NCBI RefSeq assembly: GCF_006345805.1
Contig: NC_042998.1
Location: 33,728,001-33,792,000, forward strand
Direction: 5' to 3'
DNA length: 64,000 nucleotides
Source: Octopus sinensis
Taxonomy: Eukaryota
The notes under the pieces were generated by a model. That model worked only from the letters and a program-made list of their open reading frames with translations, ran no database searches and was not told the DNA's origin. Positions 26,610 to 39,865 of the stretch are shown here, one piece after another (position 1 is the stretch's first letter; each line of letters begins with the position of its first letter). The translations under genes were made by a program, and so were the position numbers.

Positions 26610-27760
26610 CAGAGCTCAGCTGTGCTTAATTTATCAACCCTGAAACGATAAAAGGCAAAGTCGACCCCAACGGAATTTGAACTCAGAACGTAAAGACGGA
26701 CGAAATGTTGCTAAGCATTTCGCCCGGCGTGCTAACGTTTCTGCCAGCTCGAAGCCTTAGAATACCCCTTATATTCTTTTCTACTCTAAGCACAAGGCCC
26801 GAAATTTTAGGGGAGGGGGCCAATCGATTAGATCGACCCAGTGCGCAACTGGTACTTAATTTATCGACCGCGAAAGGATGAAAGGCAAAGTCGACCTCGG
26901 CGGAATTAGAACTCAAAACGTAGCGACAGGTGAAATACCTATTTCTTTATTGCCCACAAGGGGCTAAACACAGAGGGGACAAACAAGGACAGACATAGGT
27001 ATTAAGTCGATTACATCGACCCCAGTGCGTAACTGGTACTTAATTTATCGACCCCGAAAGGATGAAAGGCAAAGTCAACCTCAGCGGAATTAGAACTCAC
27101 AACGTAACGCAGACGAAATACCGTTCAGCATTTCGTCCAGCGTGCTAACGGTTCTGCCAGCTCGCCACCTTTTTGTTTTAATATATTGAAAAGAAATATA
27201 CTTTTCTACTCGAGGCACATTGCCCAAAATTTTGGGGGAGGGGGCCAGTCGATTAGATCGACCCCGAAAGGATGAAAGGCAAAGTCGACCTCGGCGAAGT
27301 TTGAACTCAGAACGTAATGACATACGAAATACCTATTTCTATTTCTTTACTACCTACAAGGGGCTAAACACAGAGAGGACAAACAAGGACAGACAAACGG
27401 ATTAAGTCGATTATATCGACCCCAGTGCGTAATTGGTACTTATTTAATCGACTCCGAAAGGATGAAAGGCAAAGTCGACCTCAGCGGAATTTGAATTCAG
27501 AACGTAACAGCAGACGAAATACCTATTTCTTTATTACCCACAAGGGGCTAAACATAGAGAGGACAAACAAGGACAGACAAACGGATTAAGTCGATTACAT
27601 CGACCCCAGTGCGTAACTGGTACTTAATTTATCGACCCTGAAAGGATAAAAGGCAAAGTCGACCTCGGCGGAATTTGAACTGAGAACGTAACGGCAGACG
27701 AAATACGACTACGCATTTCGCCCGGCGTGCTAACGTTTCTGTCAGCTCGCCGCCTTTTAG
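26610..27760 (-). mobile_element. Cluster of ~6 family A SINE units (T1 and T2 tails)
   Basis: Repeated family A units; three T1 multimer junctions; 24-bp duplication TTTTAATATATTGAAAAGAAATATA at ~27177 and ~27761. Confidence 0.85.
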
Positions 27761-28212
27761 TTTTAATATATTGAAAAGAAATATAGTCGTGGTTACATAC
27801 AGTATTTCTAGAAAATAAAACAAGAACGGTGGAGCCAGAAGACCACTGACTTTCGGTCTACTCGTATTCAAACCCTCCGTTTAATATTGGCTTGGAATGG
27901 AAGCACATTGTACACAACTCTGAGAAAGAATTGAAACTCGATTACAGGCCCTATTTTTTCTCAGTTTTCAACGCTGCACAACCATATTGGCTTTCAAAAT
28001 CGTTCTGTTACAGTCGTATGCACTTTATCCTTTCGTAGGGACTGTTTTTTCTCACCACACTTGCGAACAATGCCTCATGCACTTGTACTAACTACAAAAC
28101 CTCGCCAAAGGACTACTATGCTGATGACACCACACTTAGGACTCCTCTGTATTGGTGATCTATTTTATTATACACCAACATACACGCACCGACCACGCCC
28201 TGTGTACATCTA

Positions 28213-28590
28213 CAGGAGTGGCTGTGTGGTAAATAGCTTACTTCCCAACCACATGGTCCCGGGTTCAGTCCCACTGCGTGGCACTTTGTGCAAGTGTCTT
28301 CTACTATAGCCTCGGGCCGACCAAACATTGTGAGTGGATTTGGTAGACGGAAACTGAGAGAAGCCCGTATATGTTTGTGTGTCTGTATTTTTCCCCACCC
28401 CACCCCCACCACCACTATCTATTGACAAACGATGTTGGTGCTTTTACGTCCCTGTAACTTAGCGGTTCGGCAAGAGAGACCGATAGAATAAGTACTAGGT
28501 TTACAAAAGAATAAGTCCTGGGGTCGATTTGTTCGACTAAAAGGCGGTGCTCCAGTATGGCCGCAGTCATATGACTGAAACGAATAAAAG
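28213..28590 (+). mobile_element. SINE family B
   Basis: Family B head and tail motifs. Confidence 0.8.
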
Positions 28591-28656
28591 TAAAGGAATA
28601 AAAGAATATAACCCTTATCGTCGTAAGCGACAGAAAGCCAATTATATATATGTATG

Positions 28657-28731
<75 letters not shown>

Positions 28732-28802
28732 TGTGTGTGTATGTATATACATATATATGTATATATATGTATATCTGTGTGATGCATACACACATGCACA
28801 CG

Positions 28803-28833
<31 letters not shown>

Positions 28834-28967
28834 ATACATATTATATGTATATATATGTATATCTGTGTGTATGCATACAAACATGCACACGTATATATAT
28901 ATGTATGTATATACATATATATGTATATATATGTATAGCTGTGTGTATGCATACAAACATGCACACG

Positions 28968-29044
<77 letters not shown>

Positions 29045-30121
29045 GATGAGTGGTACAAGAATAATACATTTGTACTGCAATATTTTTCATTGAATATATA
29101 TGTGTGTGTGTGTATGTATGTATGTATGTATGTATGTATGTATATGTACATGCACACACATATATATGTATATACGTATGTATAGTTGTATGTATGTATG
29201 TTAGGAAAACATAATCCAATAATCTGAAGTGTCCAATAAAATATCTCTATTGATAAACAGTACAAATGTTAGCAATCACTGTTGTTTGTAATCTGATACA
29301 CATGGACAATTGTAAACAAATGTGGTTCTTCTTTTTTATCTCTGAAAAGATAGTGTACCCCCATTAATGTATCGTTAATTGCCCAACATTACCTAATGTA
29401 TTTTCATTTTCAAGAGAGTAGCGTGCAAATTTGAGAGGGTAAATGACTGCAATGTTTAATCGGTCCATCGACCACATCGAAGCTCTCCTCATTGTTGATG
29501 TTATTGTTTTAGTCTTTGGTAAAGCCTGATATTGTGCAGACCAGTGATGAAAAACGTTCTAGACATGATCGTTTCACCTTCTTCGTATCTCCTCAACTGC
29601 TACTTTTAATGTGTCCTTTTTAAAACAAGAGACCAGGGGTTCTTAACACTTGGCTGGGGTGTATAAAAGATTTTGTGAAAATTTATGTGCAATAAGCAAA
29701 AATGCTAGTTCTAAAATCTCTCTAAGAGATCAATGCAGCAGTTATACTGATCAGTAATATTCGTAGCCACTTCAACATGGCTGTCCATTTGAACGGACTC
29801 TACTGTTATTTTTTAACCCCGAGTGTGGACATCTCCTCTAGCTGGTTAACGATGTGCAGCTGCATCAGATAAAATTGCGAGCAGGGGAGCAAACCTCTAC
29901 CATCTCCCGGCAATGTGACCAGTAGACCAGTCCTGGTTTTGGGCTATTTCTGCCACCCCTTGGTACTGGACACTTCATCTGCTAGAGATGATAGCAGTTT
30001 GCTTCTGCTCACAATATATATATATATTTCAAGCGAACACACAGTCACTGATTTTGCAATAAGCAAAAATGCTTGCTCTAAAATCTCTCAAAGAGATGAA
30101 CACAGTAATTGTACTAACAAG

Positions 30122-30273
30122 TAATATTCGTAGCTACTTCAACATGGCTGTCCATTCGAAAGGACTCTATTGCTCGCAGTTTAATCAGCTAGAGGAGATG
30201 TCCTCTTGGCGTTAAAACATCGCAGTGGAGTCCGTTCGAACGGACAGCCGTTTTGAAGTGGCTACGAATATTA
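30122..30273. mobile_element. Small foldback MITE with ~50-bp TIRs
   Basis: TAATATTCGTAGCTACTTCAACATGGCTGTCC…GGACTC pairs with GAGTCC…GGACAGCCGTTTTGAAGTGGCTACGAATATTA. Confidence 0.65.
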
Positions 30274-31053
30274 TTTGATATGTGTAATAAGTTGCTTATA
30301 TTTCAACAATACATAAAATATACAACTTATAATAATAATAATTAATCATATAAATATAATAGGACTCTTTTACACATCGAATGATCCAGTGGAGTAAAAT
30401 ACGGACCAAAGGGGTTCGTTAGAGAAAAGAATGGTTGAGAATCATTGCGAAAAGGAGGTATTTGAGAGATATTTAACTGACATTTTGAAATAAACCAAGT
30501 ACTTGGAAGGTCCGTCGTCGGCTCGAGTGGCCCATAAACAACGATGGTATGGAAACAAAAAGGAAAAAAAATTAATCTAGCCGACTAGGCTATGATCTAC
30601 TGATGAATTTGAAAAGACTAAAAAATGTCTGTTAGCTGTCCTCCTTGACTGTAAAGATAAGATTTTCTCTAAGTCATGTAAATAAATTTTGTGGAAATAA
30701 TTCTTAACTTCCTAATATTATTTCTGTCCTTTTCTTCTTTCTTTTTGGTTTTCTTTCTCCAACTCAAAAGAAATTCCAGTTATTTGAGAATGTTTTGTAA
30801 ACGTTATTCACCAAATCATCCATTGCTTTATCTAAATTCATGGCATCAACCTATTTTAGTTATTTCCCTTAGCTTACTTGCCTTTTTGATAAGGTCATGA
30901 CGTGCCCTTGCGGTTAGGTATTGCTGTCATGGGCAAAATGTCGGACGTTCGATTCTTGGTTCGGGCGGTGCGTTGCGTCCTTGAGTGGGAACTTCATTTT
31001 ACATTCATCCAGCCAGTCAATGCCGCTGAAAACGAGTAACAATCGAATATTGG

Positions 31054-31115
<62 letters not shown>

Positions 31116-32121
31116 TTCTTTCTCTCCCTCCCTTTTCTCTCTCTCTTTCTCTTCAGATGTTACTGTGTACTCGCAATTACAATAGGTACTTAAAACAATT
31201 GGCAGAAGTATGGTACAAGCTCTACATCATACTCGCTTGCGCATGACGGTTAAGGTTTTTAAATAAAATGTGATGATTTTCCTAACAAATGCATGATTAC
31301 AAATTCCATTCTTTCGGAGAGTATAGAACAAAAAAAAAAATACTATGTTTTCATCCCGCAGCCAAAGGCAATTTTGTATTTCATCTTTTCCCAGACGATC
31401 AGTACAATGCCAGCCAAATATAGGGATCAATAGTGTTGAATATCCTCTATCCGCCAATTCCTCAATTTGCCGGGTCTTGTAGCTAAATTAGGAACGATAA
31501 ACATACAAAACCCAGCATCACCACCGGATTATTCTACACATCTGTGTAATTTTTCGCGCAATTCCACCCAGCCGTTTGACCATGAATCCCAAGACAAGAA
31601 AGAATCACCCATGTCAAAAATATATCACGGATTTTTGTCAGTGAACAGGTCGCGGTCTTATAGCGACGAAAATATTTTGACAAATTAAACTTAAATGTTG
31701 AAGTGAATCGAACGGCTTTTGTGTGCTTCTTAAATGGCTTACAAACACCTTCCATGCTGCAATTGTTTTCGTTCCAGCACACGATCTCAGATCAAATCAC
31801 TTGCTATGCAAGTACGTCTCGTAAGATAATATATATATATATTAATATATTATATATATAATATATATATATTATATATCTTATATATATGATATATATA
31901 TATATGCATATATATGTGTATGTTATGTCTATATAGATATGTATATATGCATAATATGTATATATATGTGTGTGTGTGTGTGTGTGTAGATAGATAGATA
32001 GACAGACTCATAGATAGACAAAAGACTTATATACATACACACAGATGCATATACATATATATATACATGCGAAATATACGTGTATACGCACACACATATA
32101 TATGCATATATATACGTATAC

Positions 32122-32207
<86 letters not shown>

Positions 32208-32264
32208 CATATATGTGCTTGTGTGTGTGTCTGTTTATGCATGCATACAAACAGACACCCATAC

Positions 32265-32299
<35 letters not shown>

Positions 32300-32749
32300 C
32301 AAGAGAGAGAGAGCGCGAGAGAGAACTGCAAATCTGAAGGTCCAACGAATCATGCGTCAACAACAATAAGCATATTTTTTGTCATTGATATTAGCCATAT
32401 GTTCGTGTAGACATGTTTTCTTTTCAACGTCTATATTATTTCTCGACATTTTATAGCAAGAGAGATTTATGTTTGAATTTTTTTTTTTAAGTCTACATTC
32501 TATTTATACTTTTGTAGGACACACATATTTGTGGAATAAACACGTACACACAGTTTAGATCATTCGAGACAAGACACAAAAAAGAGAGAGCAAGAATAGG
32601 TATAGATATGTATGGACAAACACAGAAATGCATATATGCTTGTATACACAAACCACACATAAATATAAAAACAGAATGAATGATCAAATTTGAATGGTGC
32701 ATTGTTAAATGTTGTGGTGCACCTGAGCACTGTATACAATATTTCATAT

Positions 32750-32767
32750 TATTTTATTTTATTATAC

Positions 32768-32802
<35 letters not shown>

Positions 32803-33011
32803 TATTATATATTATTATTATTATCATTATTATTATTATTATTATTATTATATTATTATTATTATATTATTATTCATTATTATTATTATTATTATTTTAT
32901 TATTATTATTATTATTATATATTTTTATTATTATTATATTATTCATATTATATTATTATTATTATTTTATTATTATTATATTATATTATTATTATTATTG
33001 TTATTATTATA

Positions 33012-33044
<33 letters not shown>

Positions 33045-33186
33045 CCATAACAATTAACAAACAATAAACTAAACATGTCAACATATACGTAACTATTAAA
33101 CTTCTGAATATAATGAAAAAAAATCTATATTATATTTCTTTCAATATACTCACTCAGAATCATATATTATCATTATTGCCATTATT

Positions 33187-33235
<49 letters not shown>
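32750..33235. repeat. Degenerate (ATT)n tract followed by (GTT)n
   Basis: Direct reading. Confidence 0.95.
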
Positions 33236-33236
<1 letters not shown>

Positions 33237-33662
33237 ATACAGTTTGATTCGGCACCATGCGACTCAGCGTTTCGCGGACTTCTAACGGAAACCCGGCTCG
33301 TTCAGGCTCAAATTACCGAATGAAGAAACATAGAAAGTCCAACACACACACACACACGCGCGCGCGCGCGCGCATACACACACACATATATATATATGAT
33401 AAGTTTAAAACACTATAAAACCACAAAGAAACGGTAAACAAACACAGAAGATCATCAAGTCTTCATCAGATATCGGTCAGAAGGTCAAACACAATTTCAC
33501 GCCTTCAACAATAATATTATTCTACACTGGTGGCGCCGACGGAAAGCAGCCACAGGGAAATGTGAGTCAACGATCAAGGGACCACACACACACACAAACA
33601 CACACATTAGCCACTACACACATTTTTTTCTTTCGTTTCTCTCCTTGTTTTTTTCTGTGTAC

Positions 33663-33698
33663 CTTTCTGTAAAAGAGCGTAGGCTCGAAACGTAAAAG
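33663..33698 (+). ncRNA. Hammerhead-like fold, family 2 (additional G8A change)
   Basis: CTTT-CTGTAAA-A-GAGC(GTAG)GCTC-GAAAC-GTA-AAAG. Confidence 0.4.
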
Positions 33699-33800
33699 AC
33701 TTTTTCTATTCCTGAGCGCTATACTAAAACATCTGTTTGTTTTGTACACCACCTGTCTTCGTCTTTTGTTTATTTTCGTAAACTTTCCCTTTATATATAC

Positions 33801-33833
<33 letters not shown>

Positions 33834-34281
33834 ATATATATATATATATATGAGAAATAATGAAAACCCGAGTTATATTATAGTGTCTACGTACGTTAGC
33901 TACTGTGGCTGTTTGGAATCCTGTGTTAGGTCTTCTAAGTGCATTTAGATGCTCGGTCATAATGGATTATCAGGGAACATTTTATTGCATTAAGTTATCT
34001 GTAACTTAACGCACTGAAGTATTCACTGGTGATCAGTTGGGGTCGATCGTCTAAATTCTCTCGGAACAACTAACGCAGAACACCAAAAAATGATAATGGT
34101 GAAACGTGCAGAGGAACTTTAATATAAACTTGTGTTTATTGTAGTTTCTCCTACGGTTACTCCATAGTTCATAACCTGTAAAAATAATAAGGGTAGAAGT
34201 TATTTAGCAAATATATATGCAACAGACTGGATTATGATGATCTACATGGAAATCTAAACAACTTTGGATACACAAGATATG

Positions 34282-34378
<97 letters not shown>

Positions 34379-35962
34379 TATCTGCGTTTGTCACCCACCA
34401 CCGCTTGACAACCAGTGTTGGAGTATTTACGTCCCCGTAACTTAGCGGATCATCAAAAGACTGACAGAATAAGTACCAGGCTTCAAGGCATAAGCACTAG
34501 AGTCGATTCTTTGACTTAAATTTTCCAAGGCGCTACTCCAGCATGGTCGCAGCGTGATGACTGAAACAAGTAAAAGATGAAAAATATTACATATAAACAG
34601 GGTTTGAAGACTGACGCTTTTTGCTTTTATAAAGATGAATAACTCGCCTTCAGGGTCACTGCATCAGTTTCCCTAATTATGATATTAAAATCATTAAAAT
34701 AAAGGCCGCAAAATTACTTGAAGTTAGTGGGAAACTAAAAAAGTAAATGCGACAAAAGATGATTAACCTCCTCCAGGTGAAGAGACGATAATAATAGTGT
34801 GGGAAAAAGAAGACTGCTATAAGAAAGAAAGCTAAATATGAGAATAAAGAAAGTGAATTATGGAGCGGAGAAATTGAATGCCGAAGAGCAAGGGAGTCTG
34901 AGATGAAGCAATATGAGATGTTAGTGCATATTGATGGTTTCAGTCGGATGAAAGTGGTGTTTCCTAGTAATAACTTCTTTTCGAAGCCTATTCATTTCCT
35001 AAATTGACGTTAAAAGAGAATTTATTTTAATAAACATTTTCAAGGATTCTCTTCTTCTCTTCAGAGCACAAGGGATACCGTTTACTTCAAGTCTGGCAGA
35101 GCCTGAATCTTCCAGGGTTTTACTACCATAGTTCGAGCCCATTTCTTTCGACTTCCAGATATCGTTGGCCAAATTTATAATGTTTTTCGTTTAGTTTAAA
35201 GGAGGATGTACGATTGTCAAATCTTTGTTTAAATTTTTCCTCTCTCATGCCTATGTAATGTTTGTGATTCTTCTAGTTTAGGTTCTATAAAGGTGACATA
35301 TATATCCCTTCTAGATTGTAATTTCTATGTTGCAGAACTCGCATACTCGGCATGTATTAGAGATCTTACATGGGACTGTACAGTGTGTGTGTGTATGTGT
35401 GTGTACTTGCGTGTATTGTATTATATACAATAAGTATCAATTATTCTGTGCTTCAATACGCCGCAATAAAATAATAATTAATTTGTATAAACGCTTGTAT
35501 GTGTATATTTATGCAAGAGTGAGAAGGAGAGATTGACCTTAAATTTGCGTGTGTGCATTGTTTACATACCCATGCCAATATGTTTTCTAAAGAAAACTTG
35601 TTTTAGTCTTGTTGAATCGTTGCACTTTAATTATTTTCCTCAATCCCAAGGAAAATTAAATAAAATAGCATTTTCGAAATTAACATTATTAACACAGAGT
35701 GCTGGCATAGTTTTCATTGTTTCTGGTGTCTTTTATGGTTGCTTTGTTTCTTTTCTTTCATTATGTTTTTTTTTTCTATATTTTTTTTTTCGTTTTCTTT
35801 TGTCTGTGCAATTGAGTTAGATGTATGTAACGGATGTTTGCTTAGTTGATAGAGCAACAGTTTTAATGCGTGAATCAACAGAAAAACTTCATTATTATGT
35901 AAGAGAGAGATGGGAAGAGACAACAGAGAAGGAGGGAAAGAAAGAGAGAGAGAAACACACAT

Positions 35963-36006
<44 letters not shown>

Positions 36007-36179
36007 GGAGGAAAAAAGAAAGTGAGCGAGAGACCGGGATAGATTGCCATGCAGATAACGAAGTGAAGAAGAGATGAATAAATCGTCTGACATATGCTGC
36101 GTCCTCAATTTAAAAATCCATCGCTCCTCATTACAGTGGAAGACTCAGGTTCTACACAGACATACATGCATCTATCTAT

Positions 36180-36253
<74 letters not shown>

Positions 36254-36329
36254 GCCTATCGTGTCTGTATGTGTATGTATATATATATATATATATATAA
36301 TGTTGTATAATTATATATATATATATATT

Positions 36330-36354
36330 ATATATATATATATAATATAATGTT

Positions 36355-36404
<50 letters not shown>

Positions 36405-36660
36405 GTTTGTGTGTATATATCTATATATATATATATCTAAAGGTTTGTGTGTATATATCTGTATATATATATAATGTTTGTGTGTATATATCTGTATATA
36501 TATATATATATATAATGTTTGTGTGTATATATCTGTATATATATATATATATATATATATAATGTGTGTGTGTATATATCTATATATATATATGTGTGTG
36601 TGTGTGTGTATATATATATATGTGTGTGTGTGTGTGCGTATATATATATATAATGAAATT
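36330..36660. repeat. Minisatellite built on TA repeats (TAATGTTTGTGTGTATATAT units)
   Basis: About 6 recurring units. Confidence 0.85.
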
Positions 36661-37189
36661 TGTTGATGACGAATTAAACGAAACACATCTCATTATTTGA
36701 CGGTCATATAATCATAAGGATACATGCTATAGAACCGTTCACTCATTCACTCCACTTGACATTGTTATAAATGTATTTTAGCAGAATTGAAGATAGTCTC
36801 TAGACTGCGGAAGTTGTGGGCGCTTACACATATTATATAATTAATATATTTCTTTTCTTTTCTTTCTATTTTCTCTCTTGCCACTAAATCGGCTGTTTTA
36901 TAGCTGCCTGATGACTTTTTATGTTCTGACATCTAGTGAGAAAGAGCAGTAAGGCAATTTCATTTCGGCAAGATATAATTGATTCTTATTTTATTGATAC
37001 AGCCCAAATGTAAGCCAAAGTCCGCCTAGACAATCGAGTGCGATGGTGTAAGACGATATCACACGAGTAAGCAATTACCTCGGCTTCTAATGTTAAGTTC
37101 TCGAGCCTAGCTTTTCTCGTTCTGTCTCTGCTCTTTGTAAACGAAGAGCTGTCATTTTGTTTTGGTAAAACAAGTACCATTTATCTTTT

Positions 37190-37378
37190 AGCTTTTACTT
37201 GTTTCAGTCATGCTGGAGCACCGCCTTGAAGAATTTAGGTCGAACAAATCGATCACAAAACCTTTTTAAAGCCTGATTCTATTCTGTCGCTCTCTTATGC
37301 CGAGCCGCTAAGTGACGGGAACGTAAACAAACCAACGCCGATTGCAAAGCGGTGGCAGAGGACAAACACAGACGCAAA

Positions 37379-37421
<43 letters not shown>

Positions 37422-37550
37422 GATGGGCTTGTTTCAGTTTCCGTCTACCAAATCCACTCACAGGGTTTTGGTCGGCCTGTGGTTATAGAAGATTCCATGC
37501 AGTTGGACTGAACCCGGAGCAATGTGACTGGGAAGCAAACTTCTTACACA
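37190..37550 (-). mobile_element. SINE family B
   Basis: Family B head and tail motifs. Confidence 0.75.
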
Positions 37551-37714
37551 GTCACAAGCGATGACTCTGTCTCTAACGCTAAGTCCTCGAGCCTAGATTT
37601 TTCCCGTTCTGTCCCTGGTCTTTGTTAATAAAGAAATGTCGTTTTGTTTTGGTAAAACAAGTTCTTTGATCTGATTAGTTTTTGTATTACTATGCAACAA
37701 AATAATATAAATTA

Positions 37715-38108
37715 CTAGCAGTATCGCCCGGCGTTGCTCGGGTTTGTAAGGGAAATAACTATAAAGCATTTTTAGAGAGTTATAGCCAAAAAATAGCAAA
37801 AATATGCATCAAAAATGGAAAAAATATGATGGTAATTTTTTTTTAAATCGTTGACTCATCGTAGACATTTTTAGAGAGTTACTTCCCTTATATTTAAAAA
37901 AATATGCATTAAAGTGGAAAAAAATGATGGTAAATTATTTTTAAAATCGTAGACTCATCGTAGACACGCGCTATTACCCAGAAGGGCTCGATATGAATCA
38001 CGACTATAAGATACCCGGTTTTGGTTAAACTGCACCGCAAAATGTGGGAGTAGTTAGGAATCTAAATCGGAGTAGACAGACACACAACTTCACTTTTATA
38101 TATAAAGA
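37715..38108 (-). mobile_element. Non-autonomous Helitron-like element, copy 2
   Basis: Highly similar reverse complement of 2331-2717, with the same termini. Confidence 0.65.
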
Positions 38109-38599
38109 TTTGATGAAAATTTTAAATTAAAAACATAACTTTTACCTTTTACATGTTTTAACAAATGGACGGACCCTGGACATGCTGTGGTACCGGCCTG
38201 AAGGATTTAACCGAACGAATCGACTGCAGTGCTTGTTTTTTTAAGGTCTGACATCGATTTTGTTTGCCGAACCGCTAAGTTACAGGAACGTAAACAAACC
38301 AGCACCGGTTTAAAGTGGTGGGGGTAACAAACACAAATACAACGATACACACACTTATTGTGTCATGTGTATACAAATAGATGTATGACTGCTACTGTTC
38401 AGTTTAGAATTCCACGTAGGTTATCATAACCCAGTCTGCTTCCAGTATTGTGGTTAAACAGCTACTGTACCTAGTAGTCATACTAGTCATGAATTACAGA
38501 CCAAATTGAGAAGAAATTATGATAAACGCGGATTTATTTCATTTGTGCCTACGCGGCACGTTTTACCATTGTGAGTGTTTCGAACTCTGCATAAGATGT

Positions 38600-39278
38600 T
38601 TCAAGTTCAATTAATATTAGCTCTCTGTAACATAATGCAAGAAAGTAGTCCCCCATGATCCGTTGTGGTTAAGCACTTAATTACACTTGGAATATCAAAT
38701 GCAGAGTTCCAAACAACCACAATGGTGAAACGTACGTAGGAACAAAATTATATTAACTTGTGTTTTTCGTAATTTCTCATATATACATCCATATGGAATA
38801 CTAGTGGAATATTCCCATGAAAACTTCTGTCAAATGTAAACATAACAGGCCAGATATTGTTGCTTGGGGCAAATGGGCAAAGGTACGTAGAGTCATAGAG
38901 GTCAGCTGCCCAGCAGATATAAATATCTCTTTGAAAATCAAAGAAAAAGAGGATACCTTTGGACAACTGCTTCGAAACCTCCAGACTAGGAATTCATATT
39001 CATACCAATAATAATTGGAGCACTAGGTTTTGTTAGTAAATACTTAAAGGAGAATTTGGATAAACTGGAATTTTCAGAAAGTGAAATCGACCGGCTAATT
39101 TGTACATTACGAGTGGAATCTGTGAGTGGAACAATAAAAATATGCAAGACTTTTCTCAAGTTTCAAATATGAAACTGTCTGTGTTAACTACATCCCAAAG
39201 ATGGAACCTTGTATTTTTGTTGGAAACCGATTCCCTCCTCAGTGGAAGATTTATAACAATTAAAAAAATAGAAGAGAC
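38600..39278 (+). mobile_element. 3' relic of a restriction-like-endonuclease (R4/Dong-like) non-LTR retrotransposon
   Basis: WNIPMKTSVKCKHNRPDIVAW…VIEVSCPADINISLKIKEKEDTF and FIPIIIGALGFVSKYLKENLDKL match the PD-(D/E)xK RLE C-terminus. A 3' UTR follows, then ATAC/AC repeats. Confidence 0.8.
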
Positions 39279-39319
39279 ATACACACATACACACACACGC
39301 ACACACACATAACCACATG

Positions 39320-39510
39320 TGAATCGTTGGCGATTTCTTTCCTCTGTCTTCTTTTTCTCTTGGACTTTCCTCCGTCTCCTGTTTCTGACGAAGAGCTTTG
39401 CTCGAAACGTAAAACCATCTTTCTTTCCTTCCCTGAGCGTCTGCCAATACTTTGCATGTACCACGTCCTCGCGTTGTTGTATTTTTCTTGTGTCTGTTCA
39501 TCGTTTTTGT
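39320..39510 (+). mobile_element. ~190-bp hammerhead-bearing dispersed element, family 1 (other copies ~321-520 + and ~15480-15660 -)
   Basis: Shared GTTGGCGATTT…hammerhead…TTCCTGAGCGT…CCACGTCCTCGCGTTGTT blocks in three places, each flanked by microsatellite. Penelope-like origin is inferred. Confidence 0.65.
39381..39415 (+). ncRNA. Minimal hammerhead fold, family 1 (extra A after A9, loopless ACGU stem III)
   Basis: GTTT-CTGACGA-A-GAGC(TTT)GCTC-GAAAC-GTA-AAAC. Confidence 0.6.
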
Positions 39511-39543
39511 CTTTTTTATTTACTATATATATAAGTGTGTGTG

Positions 39544-39614
<71 letters not shown>

Positions 39615-39629
39615 TATATATCGCCATGA

Positions 39630-39810
39630 TAGATCGTTAGCCACTACACGCATTTTTTCTCTCCTTGTTTTTTTCTGTGTCCTTTTCTGTAGAAGAGCGT
39701 AGGCTCGAAACGTAAAAGACTTTTTTCTATTCCTGAGAGTTATACTGATGCATCTGTTTGTTTTGTACACCACCTGTCTTAGTCTTTTGGTTTTTTTTCG
39801 TAAACTCTCC
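39630..39810 (+). mobile_element. ~185-bp hammerhead-bearing dispersed element, family 2 (other copies ~33605-33790 and ~50035-50225; degenerate partial copy ~672-765 -)
   Basis: Near-identical TTAGCCACTA(C/T)AC…hammerhead…TTCCTGAG…GTACACCACCTGTCTT…CGTAAACT(C/T)TCCC blocks. Confidence 0.7.
39683..39718 (+). ncRNA. Hammerhead-like fold, family 2 (CUGUAGA core variant)
   Basis: TTTT-CTGTAGA-A-GAGC(GTAG)GCTC-GAAAC-GTA-AAAG. Confidence 0.5.
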
Positions 39811-39811
39811 C

Positions 39812-39865
<54 letters not shown>

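Noticed and set aside
26831-27760. Regularly repeated units resembling a CRISPR array
   Set aside because: Units are ~185-bp SINE copies without unique spacers; eukaryotic DNA, no cas genes
33255-33312. Minus-strand CTGAACGA…CGAAAC-GCTGA-GTC
   Set aside because: Extra base in the core, bulged stem II and only a 2-bp stem I; cannot be supported as a ribozyme
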